Part shown: piece after piece, positions 1 to 14,476 of the stretch
Numbering within the stretch: the stretch's first letter is position 1
Layout of the letters: each line of letters begins with the position of its first letter
Assembly: GCA_965235115.1 (NCBI GenBank)
Contig: OZ249436.1
Coordinates: 66,836,001 to 66,900,000 of the forward strand
Direction of reading: 5' to 3'
From: Laetmonice hystrix
Taxonomy: Eukaryota
DNA length: 64,000 nt
Program-made: the position numbers and the translations under genes
Notes under the pieces: model-generated
The model's input: the letters and a program-made list of their open reading frames with translations, nothing else
What the model was told of the DNA's origin: nothing
Database searches by the model: none

Positions 1-3000
1 GAATTGATGAGGACTGATGTTCAAGGCGGGGGAGGGTAGCGGGGTAAGTAACGTGGGGTGTAACGACAGACGGAGGGCAGGAGTTGTGCACCCCCAGACG
101 CTGGGAAACAGAACGCCAGGGTGTAGTAGTTAGCGGAGTACTCCGTCGTCAGGACTACTCTGGCAATGGATGAGGAGAGTACTCGGACCTGATCTGAGTG
201 GACAGTCCGTCTCTCAACGCTAGGGGGCGCCCCACACAGCACCACTAGAACCTCAAGGCTTTTAGTACAAATCTAACAGATTGGATAAAAACGATTTCAT
301 GTGTTTTTTTGTGTTCAGATATGATGGTGTAGTATGGGTTACCTGACTCTGTTCTGTATTCATTCAAAGCATCTAACCCTCAAACTGAAGACAGATCTCT
401 TGTTTTGATTCCACTGTAAAATGGAGAGTGACGATTCCTTTCTTTATGTAAACGCACAGGTCCCCAAAATTTGTAGAACGCTCTTCCAATATTTAACAAA
501 TACATTGTTACGTATAGAGACACACGGCCCAATGTTTTTAGTCTGGAGGTACAATTAGAAGTGGTTCAGTTGGGCGACTGGGACCATAAATACACATTCG
601 TATTATTTGTTTACTTATAAACGTTTGAGGGGAGTAGGGGAAAGTCAGAATGTTGTGAATGCTGAAGGTAAATAGACAAGAATTATCGTGACGGTTGGCT
701 AACAGCAAGAGGGGCATACCTGCATCACCTCAGCCAACATCCAACACCCAACACCCAACACCCAACACCAACATCAGCATGCACATCTGGCCGTCAACAT
801 TTCACAATCGTCTACATATGAAGCAATGGGTGTGCCGAGGTCAGGGAGACGCTGCCATGACGACGGGCTGCAACGTTTGATGTGCCGTGACACCAATGGC
901 CGCCAGATGGCTCTGATGATGCTACCAGTGACAAACGTCATCTCCATCCAAGAAGTGCTCCGATGGATTACGGCGTAAAAATGATGACGCTTCGGAGAAA
1001 ACGGCAGCTGTAGACTAAACAAGTGGGACCCGAGCGTAGGGCCTGCCGGCACGCAGCGCGGTCCTAGCATGTGGCATGAATTTGGGAGGTCCTCGGGTTG
1101 GGGGGAGGTGTGAGGGGCTGGGCCCCCGGAACGACGGGTAGGGATGACCCTATGGCGGCCTGTCACACCTCAACATATGTACCCCCTACCCCGGGGTGCA
1201 TAGCTGCGCCCCGTGCACATGGAGAGGGCACGTCATCAGCGGTGGGCGGGGTAGAGGGGGTAGATCTTGTTACCCTTACCTGCGCGTTTTACATCACTAC
1301 ATGTGTTGTTGCATCACTCAGGGGGCAACCTCTCTCCATGGCTCCACAACAACCGCAACGAGAAAAAAATAGGAATATGGCACGGTTAAGAAAAACCATG
1401 TGTATTCCCGGTTAATTGACGCTAGCCAGCCATCTCAAGTTCCCCAAAAGACACCCTTGTGCATGTCCTATGTTTGTCAAACAATTATTATATCAGGAAT
1501 AATTTCATATGTTGCCACCTACGGCCAAGTGTATCTTGTATGTGGTGTTTGCTCTGGGATACATGAGAGAAAACAAGTAGAAAAACAAAAGGGAAAAACT
1601 CTGTGGGTTTTATGTGATAAATAAATATAGACCCACTCCTCGCACATTGTGGGGTCATGTACCCAGGCTTATTTCAATGGGTCGACCTCGTCTGGGTGCT
1701 AAACATTGGCATACCTCCGTTTTTTACCTTTATTTAATTTGTATCGCTGCTCCACAAAGACTGTCAGAAATTATATAGATATGAAACGTGCAAACATGAT
1801 GAAGGTATGGTTTTAATTGTTTGCTGTTGTGGTTCTTTCAGACGAGTTTCGGTACGCGACCCTACCGACATCTGAGGCACGCCGGCCCAGGTAAATAGCA
1901 TCATGTCAATACCCCAGCCATTCGACATGAACATGACATGTCAGTTCCTCTAACTTGTTTTAAAGTCTTTTGTTTTTGAACAGTCAATGAAAATTCTCAT
2001 ATTTCCCGACCAAAATTTTTTTTAAACGCTTTATTTTTATGCGAACATTGTAATGCTGCCAGCTGCCATCTTTTGGTAAAAATTCACAGTCACCACATGA
2101 AATCATCGAAATCAGTCGAATTTACTATTACCCTTTGGATTTAGAGGATTATGTTACAGTATCCGTATTGTTATGGGTCATTATGGTTAATAATAAACTT
2201 GATATTAACTATAGTGCATTCCACTACATTTAGCCGCGAGTGGTTTGAAAGACGATGGAATGTTCCTTAGGAAACAGAAGAACCGTATTCTCAAATTATG
2301 TAGGTAACCATGTTCTCTTCGGGCTTTTGTTTCTGAAGGACATAAATATGGTGACAACGATACGTATTGGGAACGGACGGTTGTAAAATAATGGGCGGGG
2401 TTGGCGCCTACTGGGAGGGTCACAGAAACTTTACCACCCGAGAAATTGGTTCCCATGCTAAACCCGAGATACGGATACGGACCCCCAACAGTAGGGGTGT
2501 GAAATTTATCCTGCGGGCAAGGAAGTGGGTTCAGGGCCCACCGCCGGTTAAGGGTTGATGTAGAGAAATAGGGTTGAAGAAAGCCCCCATGCTGGTGGGT
2601 AAAGGAAACGTTTTGGGGCGCCCCCTGGTGAGGGTTACACGCTCGGGCGGGGTATGTTGCCAGAGGCAATGGTTGTCGTGGTGATCTGTACGGCAGCCGT
2701 CGGCCGGTCTCACACGGCCGGACAATCGTGGGCAGTGACGGCGGCGCACTGACCAATGTGTGGACTTGACGGAGTCAGCCACGCGGAGCGGGAGTTGGCT
2801 GGTGTCCGGTGGGAGGGTAGGGAGGGGAGTATAGGCGGCACGGGGCACTCTCACGGCCCCCGACCCCACCCCGCCCCCGTCTGTAGGTGGAGGTGGGCGA
2901 GCACGGGCAGGGTGACACCGTGCGCCCGTCCCTCCGTCCGTCCCAGGTGATACACATTTTATTTACAAACCGATGACTCATCTGCTAGCCCTGCTGTCCT

Positions 3001-3482
3001 CGTCCCTGTCCCCCTCGTGTCCGACACAATGGTAACAAGTTGATTGTCTGCAGACTGCTCGGGTCAGGTTGGAATCCCCCAGACACAAGGAAGTGAGTGG
3101 GCTGGAACCACAACGGGTCACATTCCAGGAGGGCCACCTTACCCCGGCCAGATTGGCGGGGTGAAGCCCCTATGAACCCCCTGCTCCCCTTGCCACTGCC
3201 CCGGCCGGGAGGAGTGTTTAACCCTGGAGGAGATCCTGTCAGGGCTAGGCCGGCCGGCCATCCCGGAGACTGTTGACCTGGGGGTCCCCGATGGCTCCAG
3301 TAGCCGGGCATACACCGGCGTGATGCTGGAGTGACATTTCGTTTGTTTCCTTTTTGTGACCTCGAGGATGGGATGGTCCCCCGAGGGACGACAACTCAGT
3401 CCCCATCCCCGGGTCGGGGGGGTGGGGGGCGGGGAGCGGGGGGGGGGCTGACACCCTCCCTGACGCGCCCCCTTACTCTGTA

Positions 3483-5043
3483 CTCTGTCTCTCTGGCCAT
3501 CCCTTGCTATACCTGACAGTCTCTCTGACCATTACCTTGCTACCTGACAGTATCTCTGACCATTCCCTTGCTACCTGACAGTCTCTCTGACCATCCCTTG
3601 CTACCTGACAGTCTCTCTGACCATTCCCTTGCTACCTGACAGTCTCTCTGACCATCCCTTGCTACCTGACAGTATCTCTGACCATTCCCTTGCTACCTGA
3701 CAGTCTCTCTGACCATTCCCTTGCTACCTGACAGTCTCTCTGACCATCCCTTGCTACCTGACAGTCTCTCTGACCATTCCCTTGCTACCTGACAGTATCT
3801 CTGACCATTCCCTTGCTACCTGACAGTCTCTCTGACCATTCCCTTGCTACCTGACAGTCTCTCTGACCATTCCCTTGCTACCTGACAGTCTCTCTGACCA
3901 TTCCCTTGCTACCTGACAGTCTCTCTGACCATCCCTTGCTACCTGACAGTCTCTCTGACCATTCCCTTGCTACCTGACAGTATCTCTGACCATTCCCTTG
4001 CTACCTGACAGTCTCTCTGACCATTCCCTTGCTACCTGACAGTCTCTCTGACCATTCCCTTGCTACCTGACAGTATCTCTGACCATTCCCTTGCTACCTG
4101 ACAGTCTCTCTGACCATTCCCTTGCTACCTGACAGTCTCTCTGACCATTCCCTTGCTACCTGACAGTCTCTCTGACCATTCCCTTGCTACCTGAAGTCTC
4201 TCTGACCATTCCCTTGCTACCTGACAGTCTCTCTGACCATTCCCTTGCTACCTGACAGTCTCTCTGACCATTCCCTTGCTACCTGACAGTCTCTCTGACC
4301 ATTCCCTTGCTACCTGACAGTCTCTCTGACCATTCCCTTGCTACCTGACAGTATCTCTGACCATTCCCTTGCTACCTGACAGTATCTCTGACCATTGCCT
4401 TGCTACCTGACAGTATCTCTGACCATTCCCTTGCTACCTGACAGTCTCTCTGACCATTCCCTTGCTACCTGACAGTCTCTCTGACCATTCCCTTGCTACC
4501 TGAAGTCTCTCTGACCATTCCCTTGCTACCTGACAGTCTCTCTGACCATTCCCTTGCTACCTGACAGTCTCTCTGACCATTGCCTTGCTACCTGACAGTC
4601 TCTCTGACCATTCCCTTGCTACCTGACAGTCTCTCTGACCATTCCCTTGCTACCTGACAGTCTCTCTGACCATTCCCTTGCTACCTGACAGTCTCTCTGA
4701 CCATTCCCTTGCTACCTGACAGTCTCTCTGACCATTCCCTTGCTACCTGACAGTCTCTCTGACCATCCCTTGCTACCTGACAGTCTCTCTGACCATCCCT
4801 TGCTACCTGACAGTATCTCTGACCATTCCCTTGCTATCTGACAGTCTCTCTGACCATTCCCTTGCTATCTGACAGTCTCTCTGACCATTACCTTGCTACC
4901 TGACAGTCTCTCTGACCATTCCCTTGCTACCTGAAGTCTCTCTGACCATTCCCTTGCTACCTGACAGTCTCTCTGACCATTACCTTGCTACCTGACAGTC
5001 TCTCTGACCATTACCTTGCTACCTGACAGTCTCTCTGACCATT
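3483..5043. repeat. 31-bp minisatellite, ~50 copies
   Basis: Unit cctgacagtctctctgaccattcccttgcta. Period 31 read directly; few variants. Confidence 0.98.
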
Positions 5044-8000
5044 CTGTCTGTCCACCTTCTTACAACTCTCCTTGATCATCCCCTTACTGCCTGACTCTGG
5101 CGATCTCCTTACCAGCGGACACCCTCCTCAGTTACCACCTCACATTCTCCCTACCACAATCCACCATCTCATTTAGGGCCACCTCTTAAGCAGGACCCGT
5201 CCCCTACTCTCCTTCTGAAGTGTCCTGAGAAAGGCTCCTCAAGGCATCATTAAGATTTAGTGGTTAAGGAACCAGGCGATCGTAGCTAATCTCACTGCCC
5301 CCTAGGCAGCAGAAAAATTACCAATTTCTTTGATCCAAATGTAGAAGAGCCTAGGCACACTTTGCAGGTGTCGTATTTAAAGCCCGCTGCAAAGATTGCT
5401 TTCACCGATAAACATATCGCAACCAGCGATCGAAATCGCCCGTCTAGTCACCTATAGTCGGAATTAATCAGACGGCCCGGCCGGCCGCCGGCCTCCAGGG
5501 CCGCCTCAATAGTCGTTATTGGGGGCCGTCTCAATGACAGCCATTTTGTTGGAGACGCGCTAAGTGTCCAGGTTTGTCCTCATGTCCTTAGACAGGCCAG
5601 GGAAGTTGACTGCTCCTGTGTCGACAGTCAGTGAGTCCTGAATACATGTAGCCGAGTAATGATTGCGTCCTCTGGCATACAATGAGAGGAGATCTTTCGG
5701 TAGACATATTGAAGGACCACCAACAAAAGGATAGACTCGGCCGCAGTATAAATACATACTTGACCTTCGGAAGATCAAAATGCCGCAGATATTTGAGATA
5801 GAATTCCGCATGATTCTTCAGCTACATATCCTCGGAGGTGTGCATATGGGGGGGGGGGGGGATCGTGGCACTGTTCCAGTGGCGCCACCTTTTGGCCATC
5901 CCCTAGCGGCAGAAACTGCTCACATCCGGGCCCTAAAGCTGACCAGGTTTCCGGACCTCAATTTGTTACTATACGTACTGGCATAAAACGGTAACCACTT
6001 TGGCACCGACACTAGTGATGTGGTCAAGATAGGATAAAACATGACAGAAGATGACATGTTACTTGTCGGGTGTTGATTAAGTGGAACTAATTACATGATT
6101 AATCACTACAGGAAGTCTTCCATCTCTCCTGTCTAGTGTTCTTTCACTCCGGAAATGATATCTTCGGCTTTTTGAGTGAACATTGTAACATTGTGCTTCA
6201 GTTCTCCAATTGATTTAATTCAGTATTACACACAGTATTGCCGGTTATATTTTATGTCAAAACAACAAATAGATTAAAAATAACAAATGCACCATCCTAA
6301 CGTGTAGATATGTAAGTTTATAGATTCGTGCACCGTGAAGTATGTTTCTGAGGAATTAGTAGGCGAAGCGTATATTTACCACAGGTATATAATTACACGT
6401 ATAGATTATTAGGTGCTGATGATGTTGACTTTTCTGGAATGTACAATGTATATATATCACTGCAGATATTTGACATAATATACATTTTGTACATATTACC
6501 GTTTCATTAAACTGCATGTCGCCACCCTCTATCTAACGTCAGTTCATTCATACCAATTTAGGAAGAGGTCACAGTTGAAAAACAAACAGGTTGACAGGTT
6601 TGTGTGTGGCTCGAACACAAACACACAATGAGGGGACAGTGTATAGGCCATCAGGAGGAAAGTGTTTGTTTTAGCCTTTGCCCCGTCTTCTGGCCCGTCC
6701 ATTTGGCGTACTGGCCTCTTCCCCTGTCTAATGTATTTCTGTATACCGTAGCTAAGCGTTGGCCTGAGGGTGGAGCGGGTCAGCTTACAGTGGCCATGCG
6801 CCACACTTTCATCTATCTCCAAACTGACACTGATTCAAATCTTGGGCAGGAATCGGGTTATTTTACTCCTCAAGAGGGCGTGACAGTCGCTGCTACTTCA
6901 AACGTGAGATGAGAGTGCAGCACGCACACCCGAGTTGAGAGCCTGTAAATGGCCGGATATGTTTCTGGGCAGACTGATTACAGAGGCAAGGATGTAAAAG
7001 ATGTCCTAAACACGCATCTCAAACTTACCATCGTTTTCATGAAGTACTCCCAAAGTGACAGGTTTTAGAGGAAGGTCATCTATTATGACTAGGTTACGCA
7101 CAATCCAAAATAATGTGATTCTCGTAACTATTGTGCAAGATCATTGCAGGCTCTCTGGTAAGGATTACATTATGTATATTGTCCCTGTAGCTATCACTTC
7201 TGAGAAAAAAAAACACAGGAAAGAATTCTAATACTTGCCTCAATAGCAGTTGGCAGCATTAGGCCGTCAAAAGGTGTTTGACGATGTTGACTGGCCCCAT
7301 GACGCCAGAATCAGCGCCTATTTCCGGTTCCTAATCCCAGACGCCGCAGTCGGTTTGTGGTGTGCGACGGACGGTCATGTTTTCATAGCCTTCCACAGCT
7401 TGGATCCATGTCAAATGTCAAATTCCAATTTCACCTGACATTGCATGCAAGAGGCATGTTACACAGGTACACTGCCCGCCTGGTCTGGTCTGCGAGGCCT
7501 GACAAAGACACAACCACAAAGACTGTAAAAAGACCAGCCATTCTGAAAAGTCGCCAGATTGAGGGCTCCGAGCCGAGCGGCTTGTTCAAACAGATTAGAG
7601 TATTTGCCTGTCTGTTCGTGCAGGTTGGGGGTTGGGGGTGACAGATCCTGATTATGACATCTTACCCCGGGTACAGAGACGAGCGTCTTCCGTCGACATT
7701 AAGGATTGTTCTTTCCCGTCATGATTCAAAGAACCCCAATCCCCCCACAAATAGCTCTTAACATTCCATGATGTCACATGCTTTACTAGCCTCCCTCCCT
7801 CCTACTGCCCCCCCCCCAGTACATATGAAGTCTCATGTCGTGGAATACCTCATGGAAGCGGCCGGCTGTCTTTGAACTGCTCAGATTATTAGTGACATAA
7901 TTCTTATAGTCCTGTCGATGTTGTAGTTGTAATGTAGCCGTGGCGTGGTGGCGTACGTCGTGATTGATCGCTGAGACGCCGAGACGTACACACCGTATCT

Positions 8001-9280
8001 TTGATGCCTGCGCATTTAGCGTTGATTGTCGTCGCACCGTGACGTGACTCGGCCAGGTCGTCGGGCGGCGGGTCACCCTGCTCGCATGCCTCACTCTGAG
8101 TCAAAGGGAAGACGCGGCCCTCCACCCGCCCCCACGGCACTGATCAGAGGGCGGCCAGGCGAGCTGGACACCCTAATCGACAGGTCGGGTGTTTTTGAGG
8201 GCTGGCGTTGAGCAGAAATCACTTTTGCACTTTAATAAGGAGCCCTTGATCAGCAGGCATGTGACGGTGCGACAAGCCCAGATGCAATACCTGAACATTA
8301 GCCTAATTGTCATTAATTTCTCGACGCTAAAACATAATATGACCGTAACATGATATAGGTACGGCGGCCTGTTCACGTGACGAGTTTTTTTTAACTTCGT
8401 GTCACCCGGCTCAAGCCATATATAAACCTACTGCTGCATGTAAAGTGATATGTCCTAGATTTAATTTTAGATAGCATTTTGGTTTTAGCTTCAATGATAA
8501 GACGAGCAGTTCTTATTTCACTTTCCTTGTCATAGAGTGCGCCAGATCAGTGCTCACTGCTGTCGTCTCCAGCGTTAGCATACAAACAGTAGGCCGATCA
8601 GAAACCCCAAACGTTGTGACATCAAAGCCTGAGCAGCGTGGCTGGAGCCGGTTCCATTATGGCCTTTACAAATTGAGTGATATTTGTTTGGGTGGCGAGT
8701 CGCCGTCGTGCCATGGGTGGCGGGGGTGGGGCTCAGCCATGTAAGCGTGTCTGCAGCGTGGTCACAACATCCCGGGGGGACCGCCAGCCCCTTACCGCGG
8801 ACTCCCCTCTCCTTCATACACACACACTCCTTCCCGACCCACCCAGCCTACAGACGCCGACATTTACCGCGCTCGTATTTATTTGACAAAGAGTCTTCAA
8901 CTAATGTTTCCAGAATGTGGAGTTGGTGGTGGAGTTGATAAGGAGTGCCACATGTATAAATTGTTATCAGATCATATCAAATAGACCGAAATCGTGAATA
9001 CAGTAGGAACAGAATCTCAATCCGAACTGAGGGGGGAGATAACAGTGCACGTACACTACAAAGTGACGAGAGAAGGTTTGACAGGGGGGCCCGTACAGTG
9101 AGTGAGCCGTACAGTAGCCGAGGTTCACTTTTATCAAGTGTTTTATGACTGAAGCATACGTCCAGAGTACAGACCTGCTCTTGGAGAGAAATCGCCATGG
9201 TCCCAAGGGCGCCATTTCTTAATTCTTAATTCATCATTGAGTTCATGATTTGTGTAAGGACCCGTATCTAACCATACGGG

Positions 9281-12200
9281 CAGCAGGGGGCGCTACAGTT
9301 GGCACCTCGTCCTGAACACATCGCTATTTTAAAGAGGAGTTTGGCCAGGATGGGCAGCGATCATTTGACCACGTTGACCCTGTCTCAGGTGGACTGTCCA
9401 GGCACGACCAGGAGTGGTGACTTTCCCAAGGTTGTGGTCCCCTAACGATGGGAAAGAACCACAGACGGGGTAGCTATGTCCATAGTGTTATAGTCTTTCG
9501 ACAACTGCTAAATACTATCTGGATGGGTGAACATTAGCCGGTAGGTGTTTAAAGGGCTATTAGCGTGAACTGATGAGGTTGGATCAGAACACATCAAAGG
9601 TGCCGACAGCGGGAGGCTGGTTTGGTGGACGCTGACACCAGAGGGCGCCTACAGTACCTCGTTGTATGGCCAGCAGTTTGTAACACAACGAGGGTTAATT
9701 TCGTACACATGTAGTCGTTCACCAAACGGTAGTTACACAATGTAGCCAGTAGATTGTGGCGGTAAAGATGAACGGTGTGTGTCGGGGAGGGAGGGAGGGA
9801 GCTCAGACAGACAATGTGAAGACCATGGTCGTGATCACTATACCCACTGGTGGCCGACTACCTGCTGGGGATCACCATGTGGGCACAACATGTAGTATAG
9901 CCCTGGAGGGCGGGGCTTCTCCAGGGCGGAGTCTCTGCCTGATTCCAGGGTTCTGACCACTTCAGCCGCACACTGGAGATATCCTCTCCATCACCCTCCC
10001 TCCTCCCCGCCCCTTGCTTTCATCCAGGGGCCTCCCATGCCTACAACCCCCACCCGCACCTACATTAAAAAGTCATTATCATTGTGCGAACGTCCAGATC
10101 TGAACCAAAGCATCTGGTTGTATACAGATATATCTGCCGTCTGTCTGTCTGATCCTGTCTGATTGTCGGCCGCCACAAGCCCTGCTCTGTGGTAGCGGCA
10201 GACCCTATAGGCCCTTGGCCACCCCGCCCCGCATTGTCTGGCCCATCACTCCTGACTTTTATTTTGACCACAGATGAAAGTAAACACTTCACATGCTCGC
10301 CGGTCGACCTGTCAGCCCTCATGCCAACTCGTCCTCTGTCCACAGAAAAACTCGCAGTTTAAAAATGAGAAAACAGATCGGTGTGAAATGAATGATAGCC
10401 GAGCAATTTGTCGGGATTGCGTTAACAGTCCAATATTGTTTTCATTTATTTTACATTAACAAGTCGACCTGAATACATTGTCGGCTTGTAGCAGCAGCAG
10501 TCAGTAGTAGGAGGAGCAGCGATGGAGGATAGTTGGCACTCGCACGGACACCAACAATGGGTTGGTGACTACCGGTTTTAGTACCAATGTTTCAGCCAGA
10601 GGGCGCTGCAGGCAGTGGTTGTGATGAAGAAGGGTTTTTGGCCGCTGTATTTTTAGCCTGCTGTCGGCTCCAATCAACGAGCTGCGACCAGCTTTCCACA
10701 AACGGCGTCAAATTGCGTGCGTTGCACCTTGAAACACGAGCGTTGGAATCCGTTATTACGGGTTCAGTCCCCTCCCAATCACGACGGCCTTGTCGCCTCC
10801 GATTAGCGACAGAGTTGGTCGGTTTCACACTGCAGACCCACACAACGCTGACCCCACCGCCGGAAGGTCAACAACCACGACAACATTCTCCACTGATCTC
10901 CACTCAGGGGAGACGCCTTCTTCAAGTCCTCCGCCCCCTCTCTGGCGCTAAGTGTTGTGCCACTCTGTATGAAACTTGGTTTGCTCCATCCGATACACAT
11001 GTCCTCGTCTTCTTGAAGAAGGAGAAACTGTCTTCTTGAAGAAGGAGAAACTGTCTTGGCCTCTCCTCCTTCCAGATACATGCTTCACCTGATGCACGTT
11101 ATAATTTCCTTCTTGACGAAGGAGATACCAAGGCAGTTTATTTTGGTTCAAGAAGAAGAAGAGAACATGTGTAGAACATGTTACAGGAAGAAAATAGAAT
11201 TTGGAACCAATGGTAAAATGCCAATCTCGCGGCAGCGTCGATGGTATTTTTACACAGTTTTGTGTGTAGTATATCGCAACCAAGCAAAGTGACCCCCCCC
11301 CCCCCCCCCGGCCGGAGGGAGAGGCGGCGGTTTGAACAGTTTGGTACTATATAAAAAAAATAGTGTTGTCACCGGAATTATTTTAGGTGCACAGAAATCT
11401 CTCAAAGGGCGGCGACACCCTACTGGCTTCTGTGATTACGCGCCTATTATAATTACAATGGAAAAAAGATTGTAAACAGAAAGAAAGACGTGTCTTATAA
11501 AGGACAGAAAGACGGGTCTTATAAAGGACGGAAACACGGGTCTTATAAAGGACAGAAACACGGGTCTTATAAAGGACAGAAACACGGGTCTGAAAGGCCT
11601 TCTCCAACGTCCTGCACGCCGACCTACCGGCCAGGGCCGCTGAAAGCAGTCTGAGCGTCCATTCCGTCATGCCATCCATTTAGGAGGCACGGGGCAGACT
11701 TTACGAGCCACCGACACGGCCGGGCCGGGGTAGGGGGCGGGTGGTCGGTAGGGGGTAGCCCGGGACCCTGCGGCCGGCTGGCCGGTGTTCGGGGTCAGTA
11801 TGGCCGGTAAGATCAGCCCGGCCTCGGCTTGCAGATGGCCGGGGCCCACGGTGATCAGGTGGCCCGGCCGCCCGCTCAGGCGGCGCTTCCGTGGCCTGGA
11901 TGGCGGGCCCAGTGTAACCTTAGCGGCCGAACCTGATATATGTGAGAAACCCTTGAGGACACATCGCTGGGGGCAGCCAGAGGCAGTAAAAGGTGGACTT
12001 CTGCCACCCCCACCCGCACCCCCACCCCCACCTCCACCCCCATACACCCTGTCCCGCACACAGCTTCTCAATCGACCACTCAATAGTAAATCTCGCCGAG
12101 GCGCGCAGATCTCGGTAATATATCACGTGACCTGCGCGGGACGCTCACTTGCCGTTCTAACGATCGGTATGCGGCGGTTTTTGCGGCGACACTCGTTGCG

Positions 12201-12509
12201 CCACCTGGCGAGCATCATCGCAAGGCCCGGCCGTGGTGTCATGGACAGTGACTGTCTGACAAACTATATTTACGTTCTTACATACAATACAACAGGAGAC
12301 AACTTAATCTGCTGCTACTGGAATGTCTCTCAGTTCAAGCGGTTCTTACTTTGGACAGTTATTGGATCATGAGCCGGGGAAAAACTGTAAAAGGCAGTCT
12401 GAGGGAGGCTGAATGGGAGAGTTTCTCTGTGAGGATGCTGGAGACAATTGAGATGATGGGCATACTTTGTACTTACCTCGATGACAGATCCTGTCCAACA
12501 GATGGCGCT
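9281..12509. promoter_or_regulatory. Cluster of CTCF-like motifs
   Basis: cagcagggggcgct 9281(+), caccagagggcgcc 9636(+), gccagagggcgct 10595(+), tcgccaggtggcgc 12198-12211(-) and ccaacagatggcgct 12495(+). Judged by eye against consensus CCASYAGRKGGCRS. Confidence 0.5.
11487..11592. repeat. 24-bp tandem repeat, ~4-5 copies
   Basis: Unit ataaaggacagaaacacgggtctt. Confidence 0.9.
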
Positions 12510-14476
12510 GTATGTTGTGTGCGGCAAGCCTCCAATCTAACTCCACTGTTTGCCTGAGATATTACGTGCTTTTGTTGACATTCCCATCCAGCTTTTTACC
12601 CCAAACAAAAACTGTGCCGGTGGAAGATGATCAGGGTATGTTTTGGTTTGGGGTAGTGTCAGTGGTGCGGGCCGGAGGGGGTGTATAGGGGAGGGGGTTG
12701 GCTGTTGGGAGGCTGGACACGTTTACACCCGAGCCGAGCCTCAGCTCTGGCGGCCGAGCTGAGGCATTGCCCTCCGCTGTCAACGTGACAGCCTGCAATA
12801 AAACAAGCCAACACTTGTGGCTACATATCTTAACTATTTCATCGACTGCCCTCGTAATGTCTCTCTGCTCTCAGTGGAAGTCTTCAGGTCCTTTGAGTAA
12901 CGTCAATGTGAGGAGAACACCCTTCCAGCCCTCCTAAAAAATGGAGGGTTGGGTAGATTTATGTAGGTGGGCATAATGTCAACATGAATCCGCGTGTAGT
13001 TGGTTCAGATATGTGCCACTGCACTCCCAAGTTTGACGATGATTATTTGTAGACAGCTGATTGATTAGCTGAGGAATTCTGAGAAGGTCTTACCCACTGA
13101 ACTTGTACCCAACCCCTGTAAGAAATCAACTTTGATCCAATTCGAGCCCCCCCCCCCCGGCTGTATAGATAGTCATAAACTACATTAGATTTATACCATT
13201 TCCTATCGACAAGGGGACCCTTACATACCCCTTTCCCCCGTTAGTATTACTATAGGCCTGGTATGGCAGTTTGACCTTTGTCCCATACGGCAGTATATAC
13301 CTAGATAAAAACCTCGACAGATTACATCTGAACGAAACGCTTCCATATCTCTACATATGCAGGAAACCAAAAAACATGGTACCAGTCTGTATACGTGAAT
13401 GTCTACCTGTCCGATTTCTCGGGGTTACCATTGTTCATGCATTTTCTTTTAGCCACAATTCATTTCGACTTCCGTTAAACGTTGCCGACCGTCGCTGGTT
13501 CGTGTGTAAGCCAGTTCAGTTCTTCTCCATTCACTTGTCAGATCGATCCGTGACTTGAGTACAATTCTTAATGTCTTTCTTAACCGGCTGACAACGTTAA
13601 GTATTTTATGGCTTAGGTAAATGTTGAACGATTTAACCCTTAGCCTTGCCCCTGGTTCAGTTTGCGCGGACTTAAGTTTCAGTTTGCGCGGACTTAGGTA
13701 TCCCAAGTCTGTATCCAAACCAAGCCAGTTTATTTACTATAAACCTCCGAAACTGATTTTCCGAAAATAGAATTTTTCATGTAAAACTGACCTTGCGCTC
13801 CCTTGTTTTCCTCAATGGAGCCACAACATGTAATCACGACAGATGGCTTTCCTCAGAGAATTATACAGAACTACACGGTCTGCAGGGGCGTCGGCACAGC
13901 AGCTGCTGGGGAGTTTCCCATAAATTTGGGGAAAGGTCAGATAATGGTCGAGTCTTATATAATGTAAAAAATGTCTCCTCACCTCGGAATACCTTGGTAC
14001 GCCCGTGATCGGGATTGGATAGCAAGTTTCTCGTTACTTAGTGAGCTTTAGCGTTTTTAAAGCGCAGAATTACAAGCAGATCGCCATGATAAATGGCCTG
14101 GTGGATGATGGCCTGTAGCTGTAGTGAGATCCAACCCCAGGACTAGAGTTAAAAACGTCGGCTGATCAAAGTGCCCGAGTGAGAACTCGAGAGTCGGAGG
14201 TGGCCCTTGAAATGAAGCCCAGTGCCCGCCACCGTATCTAGTGTTGGTTGGGAGAGGAGTTGTGTGGCCCGGTATAGGGATTATATAGGCGAGGGAAGGT
14301 TAGAAAGGAGGCAAATTAACATGTTCATAATTCATGGGGTTTTCTAACAGATTGTGGCGGGGTGTGAGAGGTGTGCGTGGATCCCCAGGGTGGAGGGTTA
14401 ATTCAGGCGGGCATGGGATTCAGACTCGAGTGTCAAAGGGTGGAAGTGATCCTGTACATCAACCAGCATGGTTCAG

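Noticed and set aside
3483-5043. CRISPR-like appearance of the tandem arrays here and at 20.4, 47 and 58.5 kb
   Set aside because: No unique spacers, no cas genes, and the context is eukaryotic (spliceosomal introns, a miRNA).
5045-5830. Possible LINE remnant next to the 31-bp array
   Set aside because: No reverse transcriptase, endonuclease or esterase motif could be read in any frame I translated.
6435-6500. tggaatgtacaatgtatata with a miR-1-like seed in an AT-rich fold-back
   Set aside because: The seed lies on the 5' arm (miR-1 is a 3p product), the rest diverges, and the sequence is low complexity.
11667-12372. 138-aa and 195-aa GC-rich ORFs
   Set aside because: Driven by ggcc-rich and poly-C sequence, with no homology cues.
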